Origin: Eledone cirrhosa
Lineage: Eukaryota
Length of the DNA stretch: 64,000 nt
Assembly: GCA_964016885.1 (NCBI GenBank)
Contig: OZ024740.1
Span: 102,052,001-102,116,000, forward strand
Direction of reading: 5' to 3'
The position numbers and the translations under genes were made by a program. The notes under the pieces are model-generated. The model was not told where the DNA came from. It did no database searches and saw only the letters and a list, made by a program, of their open reading frames with translations. How positions within the stretch are numbered: the first letter of the stretch is position 1; each line of letters starts with the position of its first letter. Positions 1-12,805 of this stretch are shown here, piece by piece.

Positions 1-1163
1 TTTATTGATATTCTTGATATATAATAATCTAGGTTGAGAGTAGTTGTAACAGGGGATCTGTGGGAAAATTCATTTATATAAAAGGGGTCCTTGATAGTGA
101 AAGGTTTGTGAAGCTCTGCATTATAACATCAATGAGATTAAATTTTAGTTGGTCAGCGCCAGAATGTTTGAGTCTCTACATGAAACCTTGATCTGCTAGA
201 AATAGCACCCAATCCTTCTTCAAACCACACCCTACTATTTTAGAAATAAATGACATATAATGTAGTTTTGGGCACACTATTCCTGAAAATAAGATAGGAT
301 AGATATAGATGTAATGCCCTTTATCATAAGTTTACTTCATAAGAATTGACTTGTGGTTAAAACCCACAACATCAACAATCAATAAAGTTACTCAGTTAAA
401 ATTGTTTTGGGAAAGCTGTTAAAATGCACATTATAGCCCAGCTCACTGCCACCATCACACGCCATTTTCTTTTTTCTTCCCTTTTTTAAAAAAAGGAGTT
501 TTAATTTCCCCCAAATCAGGACATATAGGGTAAAAGTGTAAACTGTTGTTTTGTTTTGTCTTACTTTACTATCATTTTCACTCCTTTATTTGCATTGTAC
601 TGACTTTTATATAACAATTTTAGCTACATAATCTCAAAATACTTTATATAAACATTGTTACTCAATAAAGTTTTATATTTTACTAAACTTCTCAAAAATC
701 TTGAATACATTGAAAATTAATAGAACACATACTGATTAGAAATATAGTCTTGAAAAAGATAAATCCATGTAGATTTTAAAGTATTCTACTGAAAGGAAAC
801 ATTTTTTTATTTATCAATGATAGAAATGAGGGAGACATTATATAATTGTACCAATGTAGAAGGATAAGCAGTGTCCATGATGTCTCTAGATCTGTTGAGT
901 AATGTAGTTGAATTTCATCTTGAACATCTGGTGATTGATATCTGCAAGAAAAACATTGGCAAAGAGAGAACTCTTGATAGGTGCAATTTTGTGGAAGATG
1001 GATTATGGTTATGGTTAGGATGAAGTTAATGTGGTATTTGTGAGATAAGATGCAGTAAGGGTGAAATAATGAACATTCATGGAGTGGGTATGCAGAAGTC
1101 ATTGTATTAGTAAATGAAAAGACAGAAAGGAAATAGTAAATCACTACACTCATGCCATGTGTT

Positions 1164-1370
1164 TACTAAAACATAGTGATTATTTTCATATCTCTATACT
1201 AAGGCAAACATTACTCTCATATCATATCTATACTACAACATAAGCATTATATTGATATCATATCTATAGTAAGACACAATAATTATATTCAAATCATATC
1301 TAAACTAAGAAACAAGAATTACACTGATACCATATCTATACTAAGAAACAAGCATTACACTGATATCATT
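1164..1370. repeat. Degenerate minisatellite, ~36-bp unit (CATATCTATACTAAGAAACAAGCATTACACTGATAT-like), about 5-6 copies
   Basis: ATATCTATACTAAG / CATTACACTGATA motifs recur at ~35-37 bp spacing. Confidence 0.6.
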
Positions 1371-3762
1371 CCCTCATTGCCTAAACAATAAATAAAACTA
1401 TGAGTACATTAAACATTGTCTTTTTTTAAATGATAGGGCAATCTTTATTAAAGCTACCTGTATTGTTATTAATGAATAGAAATCAAACTATAATCATGAG
1501 TATCTTAAAAATCTGTCACAAGCCGTGAAGTTCATCAGACTAATGTTTATCCCAGTTTCATAGGCATTAAGATTCTGCAAACACAATCAACTATGTTAAC
1601 TAGGACATTACAGAGTTGACCCCACCCCCAGCTGTTGCTATTACTCATTCTTTTCAGCTGAATAGACTTGACTAACATGAAAGGTCTTGCCAAAGAACAC
1701 TATACACTGTGCAGTCCAGAAAAAAAAGCTATGACCTTATGATTGTGAGTCTTTCCCCTTATGAGTATCTAGGATTACATTAATTATCTAATGTGCCTTT
1801 TCATTTTATATGTTATTAGGATTCAATTTGAAGCTGAGGGGGATGTAGCTGCTATTTCTAGCAAATTATATAACCATATAAAGGCTCCCTCATTGGTATC
1901 TGTTTACTGATAGGTGATTAGAGTCATTATGAATTAAGTTAGGTGAAAACAATTACAATTATAATATCTCAGTTAACTGCAAATCTCATTTTACCAGATA
2001 ACAAATGAGTTAAACATTTCTTTCTGTAGATGTTTCGGGGGGGAAAAAAGATGACAAATGAGGAATGTTTGTGGATTTGGAAATAACAGCTGGGAACAAC
2101 CTAGAAGGAAATATGTGAAATATGAGACAATGTTGTTGAGAGAAACTTCCAATTATAGATAATGTTCAGTCGGGTGAAATTGATATCATTTGGATATGTT
2201 TGTTTCATTCTTTCTAAGAAATACATAGATATTGAAAAAGAATTCTTGGACAAGGAAAGAATTATTTTGGTGTTGTTAAGGCTCCATGTCAACCATTATA
2301 AAGATGATCTATTCTGTCTTACATTACCAAATATATCTTTTTCTTATTTATGGTGATAAAGAGTAAGTTGGTAGAGATTTAGCAGGTTGACCAGTTGTAT
2401 ACAGGCCTTCTTGTTGGCTAGCCCGTTTTCTGTGGTCTGGGTGGGTAGGTAGAAAATGAGCAGAGATGGCTTACCTTGTTTTCAAGATGATATAGAAAGA
2501 AGATGAAGGAGATAAAGGAAAGAAAGAAAGCAAAATATAAAGAAGGAAGATGGTGTAGATTGAGACCAGAATCTAACCTGTTTATTTCTAATTAGATACA
2601 CAACCTATATTTCAATTAATTTTGAAAATAATCAGAAATTTGGAGTACTTCAATGAAATAATTAACTTCATTTATTAATTAGTATATTAGACTGATGTTC
2701 AGAACACTAATTAATACAAAGATTCTTGTATAAATTTATAAGGACAGGTTTTAATTCAAACTTTAAACATAATAAAATAACTAGTTATATATGAAAATGC
2801 ACAAAGCAATGCCAGAGGTAATCTTAGGTTGGCTAGTATTAGAAGGGTTAAACAAATGACAGGTTCCAATCCTGTTGTGGTAACTTTACTTCAAAATTAG
2901 AGTCAGATATAATCTGGAATGTTTCCTACCAAAATGTATTACAGAAAATAATCCTTATATCAGAAACCATTCCATAGTAGGCAATTTGATATGAAAAGAG
3001 AAGAAGGAACTGGTTTTACATCAGATTGTTGGAAATTCATAAGTTGCCATGCTATCAACAAAGCTATCTTTTTATTCCCATTACTGATACATATGGCTTT
3101 CAAACCAATGAGAGAGTCTCTATGGTGTCACTCAACCTGCTAGAAACACAAGTTAAATATCCCTCAATTCTCACCCTACTGTCGTAATAAAAGGAAAAAT
3201 ATGTAGTGCATTTAGAATTACATTACTCTGTCTGAAATTTCGATTGAGTTGCAGTAGCTATGACCGGAATGCTTGATCTGAGGTTAACAGCGATATTTGT
3301 GTTTCGTTAAGGAACCTACTTAAAGACTATTTAGTAGTGTACCTATAGACATTGGCTTGAAGTTGTGGGTTTTGTTGTTATTTTTATAATTTAGTCATAG
3401 AATAAATGACCCTTTTCAGTGCCTTCAAAACTAGTGTGAGAAAGCCTGGGAGAAAGTGAAAACATGGTTGGAACATTTGAAACATAACAGACTCTGCTAA
3501 AACTCTGTTAAAATCACCCAAGAGCCATTCAGTGATGTTAAACTGGGTAATAGATTAAGTCTACCATCCCAAAACAGATACAACCTGACTGATAAATTTC
3601 TCTCACAATGCTTGGGTTGAACAAAGGCTATTGTAGATTTCTGTTGATCAATGAGACTAAACCTGATACCTCATAGTTTTGAATCAGACTTTTTAACCAC
3701 ATGACCAAGCCTACACTCTCTTAACTACACAGCCATCTCAGATCCATTGTGTCCATATATCT

Positions 3763-4069
3763 TCAAGCATAGGCGCTGAGCTGGCCAACCGCAGGTGTGA
3801 GCCCCGCAAGCTGGAATGGCTTTTCCAGCGCGTCTCTCTTGCCGTCCTCCAGGGAAACGCCTTCTCTATTCTGTCCACCGTGGCTGTGGGGAGGCTACCA
3901 ATATGATTGACTGACTTGTCATTTTATCAGTCACTGACAGAAAGAATTTCAGCAAATATATATTTTTTGCACTGCGCAAATTCACTGACGTTGCTATGTA
4001 TTGAAAAGATATTGCTATATATATATAAACTGAATAAACGGTTGATATTAAAAAAAAAAAAGAAAAAAA
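3763..4069 (+). mobile_element. 5'-truncated CRE-like (restriction-like endonuclease) non-LTR retrotransposon 3' end with poly(A) tail
   Basis: Manual translation SSIGAELANRRCEPRKLEWLFQRVSLAVLQGNAFSILSTVAVGRLPI* matches the CRE-clade C-terminal FLxQRLSxAxQRGNAxSI motif; locally GC-rich; AATAAA near 4033, then A-rich tail 4049-4069. Confidence 0.75.
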
Positions 4070-4235
4070 CTCTACTAAGTGATATTTTTAATAAAAAAAC
4101 AAAAAAAGTGATATGCTTGTGAGCGAATTTGAAATTAGTGTGTACTGCAAGATAATAAACTATGTATCAATTAATACAGTTTCTTCAGTCTCACCAAAGT
4201 GAGATTTTTATTTAGCATTTTTACTTATTTACAAT

Positions 4236-4514
4236 TTAACTCTTTTGATATCAAACCACCTGAAACTGTCTCTGGTTCTACAATACAAAATTATTTTGAA
4301 GTGTTTATATTTAATCTATCTTTCATTATAATTTTATGTTAGAAGGCTATGCCCAAAATACCTGATTTATAATGAGAAAGCTAATTATTTTACTAAATCC
4401 CTCCAAGTTTTTTTTTTATTATTTTCAAAATTATTTGAAGATCATCAGCAATGTTGTTATTGATTTTTTTTTGTTTTGTTCCTTTTTTTAGAAATGTGGT
4501 AATGAAAAGGTTAA
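4236..4514. mobile_element. Old TTAA-flanked MITE (piggyBac-like family); related diverged copies near 2570-2851, 21030-21245, 23590-23760 and 35784-36600
   Basis: Ends TTAACTCTTTTGATATC...GAAAAGGTTAA; similar internal AT-rich sequence recurs in the other copies. Confidence 0.45.
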
Positions 4515-5507
4515 TAAAGCTAAACTAGTTGTCTTTGTTTAGAATAAAATGAAACACATCTATCTACAGTACGATATGAACCATTCATCCTCTGGTTAGT
4601 AAGCTGATATGCAACCAAATCCTCCAACTGTAATTCACTGTGATAAATATAGCCTCTTGTAAAATAACAACCTATAGAATGTTTATAATGCAGAAGTAGC
4701 AGAAGCAGGTGCTAGGTGCTTAGATTTCAAGACTAACAGACAAGCATTTGCTACTGGTTGAAGCAGAAAATTCCCTATAACTATAGTTGTTGTACTAAAA
4801 GGTGTTACTAATATTACTTCATGTATTATAAGTGCAGTTTATTGGCTGAAACAGTAAAGAATTAGACTAAATGCATTACAATATATAGAGTTTCATTCTT
4901 GTTTGTTAAGTGTACAAATCACACTTGGTTTCATTTTGCTTTATAATAGCCCCCTGGGAGATTTATTCTTCTTACGTCCTCTGACTGGCAATTCACTTTA
5001 GGTTGGGATTTCACTTTCATCTGCTTGGGTAGTGAGCAAGTCTAGTAAGTATCAGTAATACACTTGGATCAATTCACTCAACAATAATATCTCTTCAAAA
5101 CAAAATGAAAAACTGGGGATAAATTCAAAGAAACTAGGGAGTAGTAGACTATACTGTTTGCTGTATTTAGTTTCTTCATTATACAATCAAACCATGTATG
5201 GTTTGGCTTTACCTTTCCTCTTGTCAGGGCACAATAACATTAATACCAGTAATTTACTGTTATCAATTTATTAGACAATGTTCCATTCAAATGAAAAATT
5301 AAAAATATAAAAAATAGTTGGGTTTTTTTTTCGCTTCAGCCCCGATTAAACAGATCTGATCAAAAGGCATTCTATCCCTAGCCATTCCATCTTTCTTGAA
5401 CTAAGCTGTTCAATGTATTCTTTCTCTTTTAAGAAATTTCTAAAGGATGAAACAGAACTAGTCCTGTAAGAGTCACTAATTTAATAAATAAATATATACA
5501 TATACGT

Positions 5508-5718
5508 GTAGGCACCATGGAAAAAGCACCCAGCACTCACTGTAAATGTGGTTGGTGTTAGGAAGGGCATCCAGCTGTAGAAATCAAGCCAAAATCAGTT
5601 CCTGTATGAGCAAGGCATGGTTAGCCGACCAGTCACTGCCCACAACAGGACAACCCGTCTAACCCATGCTAGCATGGAAGAACGGACGTAAAACGGTGAT
5701 GATGATGATGATGATGAT
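5508..5718 (+). mobile_element. RTE-LINE 3'UTR-only copy ending in a (GAT)n tail
   Basis: GGTTGGTGTTAGGAAGGGCATCCAGCTGTAGAAA...GGACGTAAAACGGT(GAT)n is near-identical to the 3'UTR attached to RT coding sequence at 22381-23160. Confidence 0.85.
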
Positions 5719-7164
5719 TCAACTCTATGTATTGAGTGTTTAGCACTAATTGAGGTTCTTTCATATGTAAATGGGAATAGCAGCAAAAACTATATGTGTG
5801 TGCAGATGTGTGTGTGTTTATATTAGTATGGAGAGATATTGGAACATCTAAAAAAAATTAATTATTGCATTAGTGTCCAATTGAGTTATTTTTCTCTTAC
5901 GACTTTGCATTTAGTATCCTCTGTGGATGAGGAAATATGCTCGGGAAAAAATACTGGGGAATATATAATCAACTAAAACACCTGCCCCAGTATAGCTAAA
6001 GTCTAATGATTGAAACCAATAAAAAAAATAAAATAATAAAATCCAAAGAAATTAATATTAATTTTATGAATTGCAAAGAGGATTGTAAAACAAATCTTTC
6101 ACTGCTTCTTTACTTAGAGTCAGAAACATTTTTTTTATTTTTGCATTTTATATCACAACTGGTGAACATAGTGTCTGTTGATTATTGGATTCTAAGAGAC
6201 CAATCAATGGTTCATACCATTTTTATGATGGTGAGTCTAATTTAGGATTGTCTTTGTAACTATCTTTACCAGAACAAAAATTGCAAGAGATTTAGAGTTT
6301 GAAAGTGCTGGTTTATTGATTTTCTTGATGATATTTACATTGTATACTAGTGTGTTTATATATATATATGTGTGTTGGTGACATAGCAAAAAGCATCTAG
6401 TCCACACTGTAAAGTGGTCGTTAAACGGTGATGATGATGATATATATCAACCAAAGATGTACATATACATATACATATTTAACAGGTTTCTGAATAATTT
6501 CTATCTGCCAAATTCCCCTCACAAGGCATTGGTTAACGAGAGACTATGTTAGGAGTCACATACATATGGTACCATTACATATACCAAGGAGGTTAACCTA
6601 GAACTACATTGATGCAAAGCAAACTTCTTAACCCCTACAATTGTGCCGATATCCATTTCATTGAGCTTATGTCTTTATTGAACTTTTGAAAGGAATGAAT
6701 GTAACAACCTTCTGTTTTATACTTATAATATTTCTTGCTTTATAAACTAAGAAACACATGTATATTACATTATCACAATGTGAACAATATTTCTTTCTTG
6801 TTTAGCCCCAGGTCAGCTCTGATTGACCAAATCGATGATCACGGGCATTCCAACCATAACCATATTGGTCATGCAATAAATTAGTTGAATCATTGGCAGC
6901 AGCGCCAGTAGTAGTAACAGTCGCACAAGCAACATTAGTAGTAGTAGTAGTATGATAGACAATGAAAGTATATAGATCTTTTTCAGTGGTGACAGTTTTT
7001 CACTTGTATATGTACAGTTGAAAATCAACAAATAAATTAGCCAACCTCTTCCAATAACATTTATTGATTCATTTTACAGATGTTTTAGTTCAAAGTATTC
7101 CTTACATTTTCTTAGTTATGGCTCTTTTGGGGGGATGGGGCGTTTTCGCATTTTGTATATATGC

Positions 7165-7598
7165 TACAGTAGCAAGAGTCAGACTGGGATGGAAAAAGTT
7201 CAGAGAGCTTATACCACTATTGGCTGCTAAAGGGTTCTCTCTAAAAATGAAAGGCAGGCTGTATGATGCCTGCATACGAACAGCAATGTTACATGGCAGT
7301 GAGACTTGGGCATTGTGTGCAGAGGATATACGCAGACTGGAGAGGAACAAAGCTTGCATGCTCCGCTGGATGTGTAATAGTAATATACGTGAACGGCAAA
7401 GCATAAACGAACTAAGGGAGAAATTAGGAATAAGAGGGATCAGATGTTGTTTACTCGAGAGAAGACTACGTTGGTATGGTCACGTGATGCGCATGAAAGA
7501 TGACAGCTGTATAAAAAAGTGCAGGGCAATAAAAATAGACGGTAGCCATGGAGTAGGCAGACCCAGAAAAACCTGGGACGACTTGATAAATTCTGACC
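7165..7598 (+). pseudogene. RTE-clade RT C-terminal fragment (core of ORF 7064-7630)
   Basis: TVARVRLGWKKFRELIPLLAAKG...RPRKTWDDLINSD is near-identical to the C-terminus of the 793-aa ORF; the upstream ORF part is unrelated flank. Confidence 0.9.
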
Positions 7599-7893
7599 AA
7601 GTTTGTGAGTTCAATTCTCAGACCGGGTGATGTGTTGTTTCCTTGAGCAAGACACTTTATTTCACATTGCTCCAGTTTACTCAGCTGTAGAAATGAGATG
7701 ATAGGGACTGGGGTCCCTATCATTCCACTGCAAAGTGGTCGTGCAGGTGCCACAGCAAAAAAGCACCCAGCACTCACTGTAAATGAGGTTGGTGTTAGGA
7801 AGGGCATCCAGCTGTAGAAATCAAGCCAGAATCAGTTCCCGTTCCACCCTTGCAAACAGGGAAAAGTGGACGTAAAATGAAATGATGATGATG
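7599..7893 (+). mobile_element. 5'-truncated tRNA-derived SINE with an RTE-derived tail (same family as 27178-27525)
   Basis: B-box-like GAGTTCAATTCTC, central CCTTGAGCAAGACACTTTATTTCACATT, RTE 3'UTR motif and (GAT)n end. Confidence 0.8.
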
Positions 7894-9640
7894 GTATATG
7901 TGAGCAGAGAGGGCTTTTCAATTAGGACAATAACTGATAGCCTCTTTAGTGATGGTGCCATGAAATGCATCCAGTATACCCTGTAAGGTGGTTGGTGATA
8001 GGAAGAGCAATTCACTGTAGAAACTATGCCAGAAAGGGTGGAGAAGAGCCTTCAATTGAATGAATGGTGCGACAACTTCTCTATTGTTGGGGATTTACAC
8101 AATAAACGTACCCAGTACATGCTGTAAAATGGTTGGTGATAGGAAGGACATCCAGCTATAGAAAGCTTGCTAAGTAAGAGATTGGGAGAACCCTTCAGTT
8201 GTGTCAAAAAACATGATAACCCCTCTAGTGCTGATGATACAACAAAATGCATTCAGTAGTACATTGGATCATATGTGAGATGCAAGAATATATTTCTAGT
8301 GTTAAGAGAAAGAATTTCGCCTTTCTCTTTCAATCTCTCTCTACTATATTTTCATCTATCTGTATTTATTTTCTTTCCTTTCATTCTCACCTTACTTTTC
8401 TAAATCCATCTCCTTTCTATTTCTCTTTCATTCTGGCTCTCTTTCCCCTCCCTCACTCTCATTGTCTATCTATTTTTTTCCTTTTCTTCTTCAGACTTTT
8501 TTGTTTTTACTACTCTCTTTAGTATCTTCTAGCTTCCTCATCTCTACTTTTCTATCTTTCTCTCCTCCCCTTCTCTAAGCATCTTCAATTTCCCTGAACC
8601 ACCATCATCACCACTACTACACCAACACCATCGCCACCAAACAATCTTATATTTCCATGGGAGACCACTCCATCTAAAAGTACAGTCAACAAAGCACGCA
8701 GAAAATGTGATGCATGATGGCATGTCATGTAAAGAAGAAATATTGTTATATTAGAGATACTTCACTTTATATATAATTAAATATTATATAGAACTATGCA
8801 TGTCAAGGATATCATTTTATTCTCTTACTTTGTTGTAACTCCTTTAATCAGACAGGCATATTATTGCATGGGGTCATGTAGAAAATCCTCATCATCATTT
8901 AATGTCCACTTTCCCTGCTATTGAGTTAGATAGGTTATTACAAACCAAGTCAATACTTAATTGGAGCTACTGACCTCTTGGGTGGGCTGGGAGCTCACTT
9001 TTTGCTTACATATATCAGTTTCCATACTCTACGGAATGACCAGGAGCCTTTTATATACACAGCTGAAGACTCTTCTTGACTCTTTGCTTTATGAGTTTTC
9101 TATGTCTGGTAGCTCTTCTTAACATCAACCACTTTACAGAGTGTACTGGGTGCATCTGATATCACTAACACTACAGATCTTATTGTGCCATTGACACAAC
9201 GAAAGCGTCCTCTGTGTAAGAAATCAGTATTCACACAAAGCCACCTGGAGCAACTTTACTTTGCTTTCTTCTGGGTTATTATTTTGCTGGTTTCAATCAG
9301 TAAAACGTGGCCATGCTGAGGCACTGCCTTGGAAGGATCTAGTCAATTGTAACGACCCATGTGTTTATTTGTTCTAGTCTAGTATCATTTTATCAATCTC
9401 TATACATTAAACTGCTGTTACAGACATAAACACACACACACGCACAGACACACACATGTGTACCTATATATATGTTTGTGTGTGTGTGTGTATGTATATA
9501 TGTGTGTGTAATCTGCATAAAGAGGATACATACAAAGTCTTTTGGAACAATTTAAAAGAACAATATAAAACAATGCAGTGTGAATGGAACCTCTCTCTCT
9601 CTTTCTCTCTCTCTCTCTATTATATATATATATACATATA

Positions 9641-12627
9641 TCATCATCATCATCATCATCGTTTAACATCCATGTTCCACGCTTGCATGGGTTTGGACGG
9701 GGGTTTTCCCACTTGAGGCAAGAGTGGTTGTCTTGCTCGCATAGGACTGTCTGGCAGGTTTTCTACAGCTGGATGCCCTTCCTAACACCAACCACATTTA
9801 CAGTGTGGGTCTGGGAGGTTTTTACCGTGTTGCCTACACGGCCACATTACAGCGTGGACTGTGTGTTTTTTTGTCGTGACACCTACACGACCTCATTTGT
9901 TTCGGCCTGGATGGCGCGGCACCAACATAACTTTACATAGAAGAGGGCGGTGTGGATGGGGTGCGGGTGGTGGGACGGGGGTGTATTTTGTTAGAGATGC
10001 CTACTGACTGTAGTAGGTTTTACTTTGTATTTAGGTAAGGCGGGTCTTCTCTATTACTGAGTACCACCAAAGATCTCGGTCCAGTGACATTGTCTTGGAG
10101 AGGTGTAAGTGTGTGAGGTCGGAATTTATCAGGTCGTCCCAGGTTTTTCTGGGTCTGCCTACTCCGTGGCTACCGTCTATCTTTATTGCCCTGCACTTTT
10201 TTATACAGCTGTCGTCTTTCATGCGCATCACGTGACCATACCAACGTAGCCTTCTCTCGAATAAACAACATCTGATCCCTCTTATTTCTAATTTTTCCCT
10301 TAGTTCATTTATGCTTTGCCGTTCACGTATATTACTATTACACATCCAGCGGAGCATGCAAGCTTCGTTTCTCTCTAGTCTGCATATATCCTCTGCACAC
10401 AATGCCCAGGTCTCACTGCCATGCAACATTGCTGTTCGTATGCAGGCATCATACAACCTGCCTTTCATTTTTAGGGAGAACCCTTTAGCAGCTAATAGTG
10501 GTATAAGCTCTCTGAACTTTTTCCATCCAGTTCTGACTCTAGCTACTGTACTTTCAGAGCACCCTCCCCCACTGCTGATTTTGTCACCCAGGTAACGGAA
10601 GCTGTCCACTATTTCTATAGAATCCTCTGCGCAATTGAAAGAGCTAGTATTTTGTGGGCACTTGCTGCTACTTATTGCACCAGAGCACCGGTCACATGTA
10701 AAATCTATGTTCTTAGTTAGCTTATCTGTGATCCCACTACATCTTTTATGCACCCATACTTTCCATTTGGGACATAAAATGGAGTTTCTACCTACGCCTT
10801 TCCTACACACTGAGCATGGCCATTTCCCGGAAGGGACCGGCGCCTTATTTTCTTTCCTACAAACTAGAACTTTAGTCTTAGCCAGGTTAATTTTAAGGCC
10901 TTTTGATTCTAGGCCGTGCTTCCATGTTTGGAATTTCTTCTCTAGCTCGGCCATTGATTCAGCTATGAGCGTTAGATCATCTGCATATAGGAGTTCCCAT
11001 GGGCAGCCAGTCTTGAACTCAACTGTTATAGCCTGAAGGGCAATAATAAATAGTAGGGGGCTAAGAACAGAGCCCTGATGAACACCAACTTTTACGCTAA
11101 ACTCTTCACTATATTCGTTGTTAATTCTAACCTTGCTGACTGTTTCTTTATACATGGCTTGTATAGCTCTCACAAGCCATTCGTCAACACCTAGTTTTCT
11201 AAGAGCCCACCAGATAATGGAACGGGAGACTCTGTCGAAGGTTTTCTCCAAGTCGACAATAGCTAAGTATAGGGGTTTACTTTTAGCTAGGTACTTCTCC
11301 TGTAGTTGTCGTACAATGAAAAGAGCGTCTGTGGTACTTTTGCCTGGCACAAACCCGAACTGCATTTCATCTAGATCAATTCTCTCTCTGATTAGTTGCA
11401 CTATTACTTTTTCCATGACCTTCATGACCTGGTCGATTAATTTAATGCCTCTATAGTTACTCCTATCTAGGGCATCTCCTTTACCCTTGTAACAGTTAAT
11501 GATAATGCTGCTATGCCAGTCCTTCGGAACAACCCCATTCTGTATGACTTGGTTTACTATCCGGGTGACCATGGTGTGTCCCACCGTTCCAGATGCTTTC
11601 AGCATCTCAGCAACTATTTCCGAAGGCCCAGCCGCCTTACCCGTATTCATATCTTTGATTGCCTTACTTATAATACTACCTTCGACTAACACTGCTGGTC
11701 CCTCTATTGGGTCGATGTGGGGGAGACTGTCTTTCTCCCATTTATTCTCCTCATTTAGTAGCCTTTCGTAGTGACACTTCCAAGCTACCTTCTTATCAGC
11801 ATCAGTGATGGCAAGTACACCATCATCATTAAGAACACACTTCTCCCCGACAATATCACGGTTTTCCTTGACACATTGCCTAGCAATCCTGAACACCTCA
11901 CGTTTTGGGTCCTCACGTCGTAGAACATGCTTGAACTTTCTTTCCTCTGCTTCCCTTCTTGCGAAGTACACTTGTCTCCTAGCTTCCCTCCTGGCCACTT
12001 GATAGTCTTCTCTACTTCCCCCATCCCGCCATACTTTCCAAGCTTGCTTTTTGGCCTTAATTGACTCCTCCACCTTACTGTTCCACCACCATGTTACTCT
12101 CCTCCTGCCTACAGGCCTGCTCCAGCCACAAACTTCGTCTGCCGCCATCAGTAGGTTTGCTTTCAGGAATTCCCACTGTTCCTCTATATTGTATGACTCT
12201 AATTGCTCTTCCTTACTGTCAAAAGCATCAAGTAATATGCTTTGAAATTTATTTCTGGCTGTGGGGTCCTTTAGCTTCCATATTTTTCTCCTGAGGATAG
12301 TCCTCTTCTGCTGTCTAGTACGTCTCGTCCTGACTATTAGGTCGCTAATTATCAGTCTATGTTGGGAGGTGCATTCTTCATGGGGGAGGGATTTAGTGTT
12401 TACAACAGACACTCTGTGACGTCTTCTGGTATGGATATAATCTACCTGGCTTGTGTGTTCCTCCGATCTATAGGTGATCAGGTGATTGTCTCGTTTTTGA
12501 AGTTAGTGTTACAGATAGTTAGGATATTTGCGGCACAGAATTCCAGGATTCTGGAGCCTTCCTTCCTCATTTCTAGTACCGAACCCATAGCCTCCATGGA
12601 TTCCGTCATAGCCGTCACAATGTTGTC

Positions 12628-12630
<3 letters not shown>
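9641..12630 (-). mobile_element. 5'-truncated RTE-clade LINE (~3 kb): endonuclease remnant, RT, PHD-like finger, 3'UTR, (GAT)n tail
   Basis: RT ORF 10031-12412; the endonuclease continues to ~12630 with two frameshifts (GGYGFGTRNEEG/RILEFC/TNFK/HLITY..SQVDYI); 3'UTR 9641-10030 ends in (CAT)n on +; both ends abut (TA)n. Confidence 0.95.
10031..12412 (-). CDS. RTE-type LINE ORF (APE endonuclease C-terminus + reverse transcriptase), 793 aa, N-terminally incomplete and probably inactive
   Basis: Motifs QHRLIISD, KAAGPSEI, NYRGIKL, QFGFVPGKST, DLEKTFD, GVHQGSVLSPLLF, YADD, FRYLG, RLRWYGHV, GRPRKTW. Confidence 0.93.
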   Translation of the reverse strand: MSVVNTKSLPHEECTSQHRLIISDLIVRTRRTRQQKRTILRRKIWKLKDPTARNKFQSILLDAFDSKEEQLESYNIEEQWEFLKANLLMAADEVCGWSRPVGRRRVTWWWNSKVEESIKAKKQAWKVWRDGGSREDYQVARREARRQVYFARREAEERKFKHVLRREDPKREVFRIARQCVKENRDIVGEKCVLNDDGVLAITDADKKVAWKCHYERLLNEENKWEKDSLPHIDPIEGPAVLVEGSIISKAIKDMNTGKAAGPSEIVAEMLKASGTVGHTMVTRIVNQVIQNGVVPKDWHSSIIINCYKGKGDALDRSNYRGIKLIDQVMKVMEKVIVQLIRERIDLDEMQFGFVPGKSTTDALFIVRQLQEKYLAKSKPLYLAIVDLEKTFDRVSRSIIWWALRKLGVDEWLVRAIQAMYKETVSKVRINNEYSEEFSVKVGVHQGSVLSPLLFIIALQAITVEFKTGCPWELLYADDLTLIAESMAELEKKFQTWKHGLESKGLKINLAKTKVLVCRKENKAPVPSGKWPCSVCRKGVGRNSILCPKWKVWVHKRCSGITDKLTKNIDFTCDRCSGAISSSKCPQNTSSFNCAEDSIEIVDSFRYLGDKISSGGGCSESTVARVRTGWKKFRELIPLLAAKGFSLKMKGRLYDACIRTAMLHGSETWALCAEDICRLERNEACMLRWMCNSNIRERQSINELREKLEIRGIRCCLFERRLRWYGHVMRMKDDSCIKKCRAIKIDGSHGVGRPRKTWDDLINSDLTHLHLSKTMSLDRDLWWYSVIEKTRLT

Positions 12631-12682
<52 letters not shown>

Positions 12683-12686
<4 letters not shown>

Positions 12687-12805
12687 TGTGTTTCCACAGT
12701 TTCCATCTACCAAATTTCACATGCAAAGCATTGCTTAAGATACCATAGTCAGATTAAATCTGAAACCATGTAGTTGCATTGTGAACTCCTTAGCCACTCA
12801 GCTAT
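12683..12805 (-). mobile_element. Old tRNA-derived SINE (third family), head portion; other copies at ~3590-3710, 6480-6640, 20470-20925 and 55107-55258
   Basis: Shared CAGTTTCCATCTACCAAATTTCAC...GCATTG...AACCATGTGGTTG...AACTCCTTAACCAC pattern; the matching tail-like portion lies at ~9290-9440, across the RTE insertion. Confidence 0.6.

Noticed and set aside
2030-2362. Exon-like segment (TTTCTGTAG|...|GTAAGT); similarly 13078-13143 on the minus strand
   Set aside because: No convincing reading frame or homology; splice-like motifs alone are common, though a lncRNA exon cannot be excluded.
10311-12294. Plus-strand ORFs overlapping the RTE ORF (also 7102-7404 and 22749-23195)
   Set aside because: Antisense shadows of RT coding sequence with no independent motifs.
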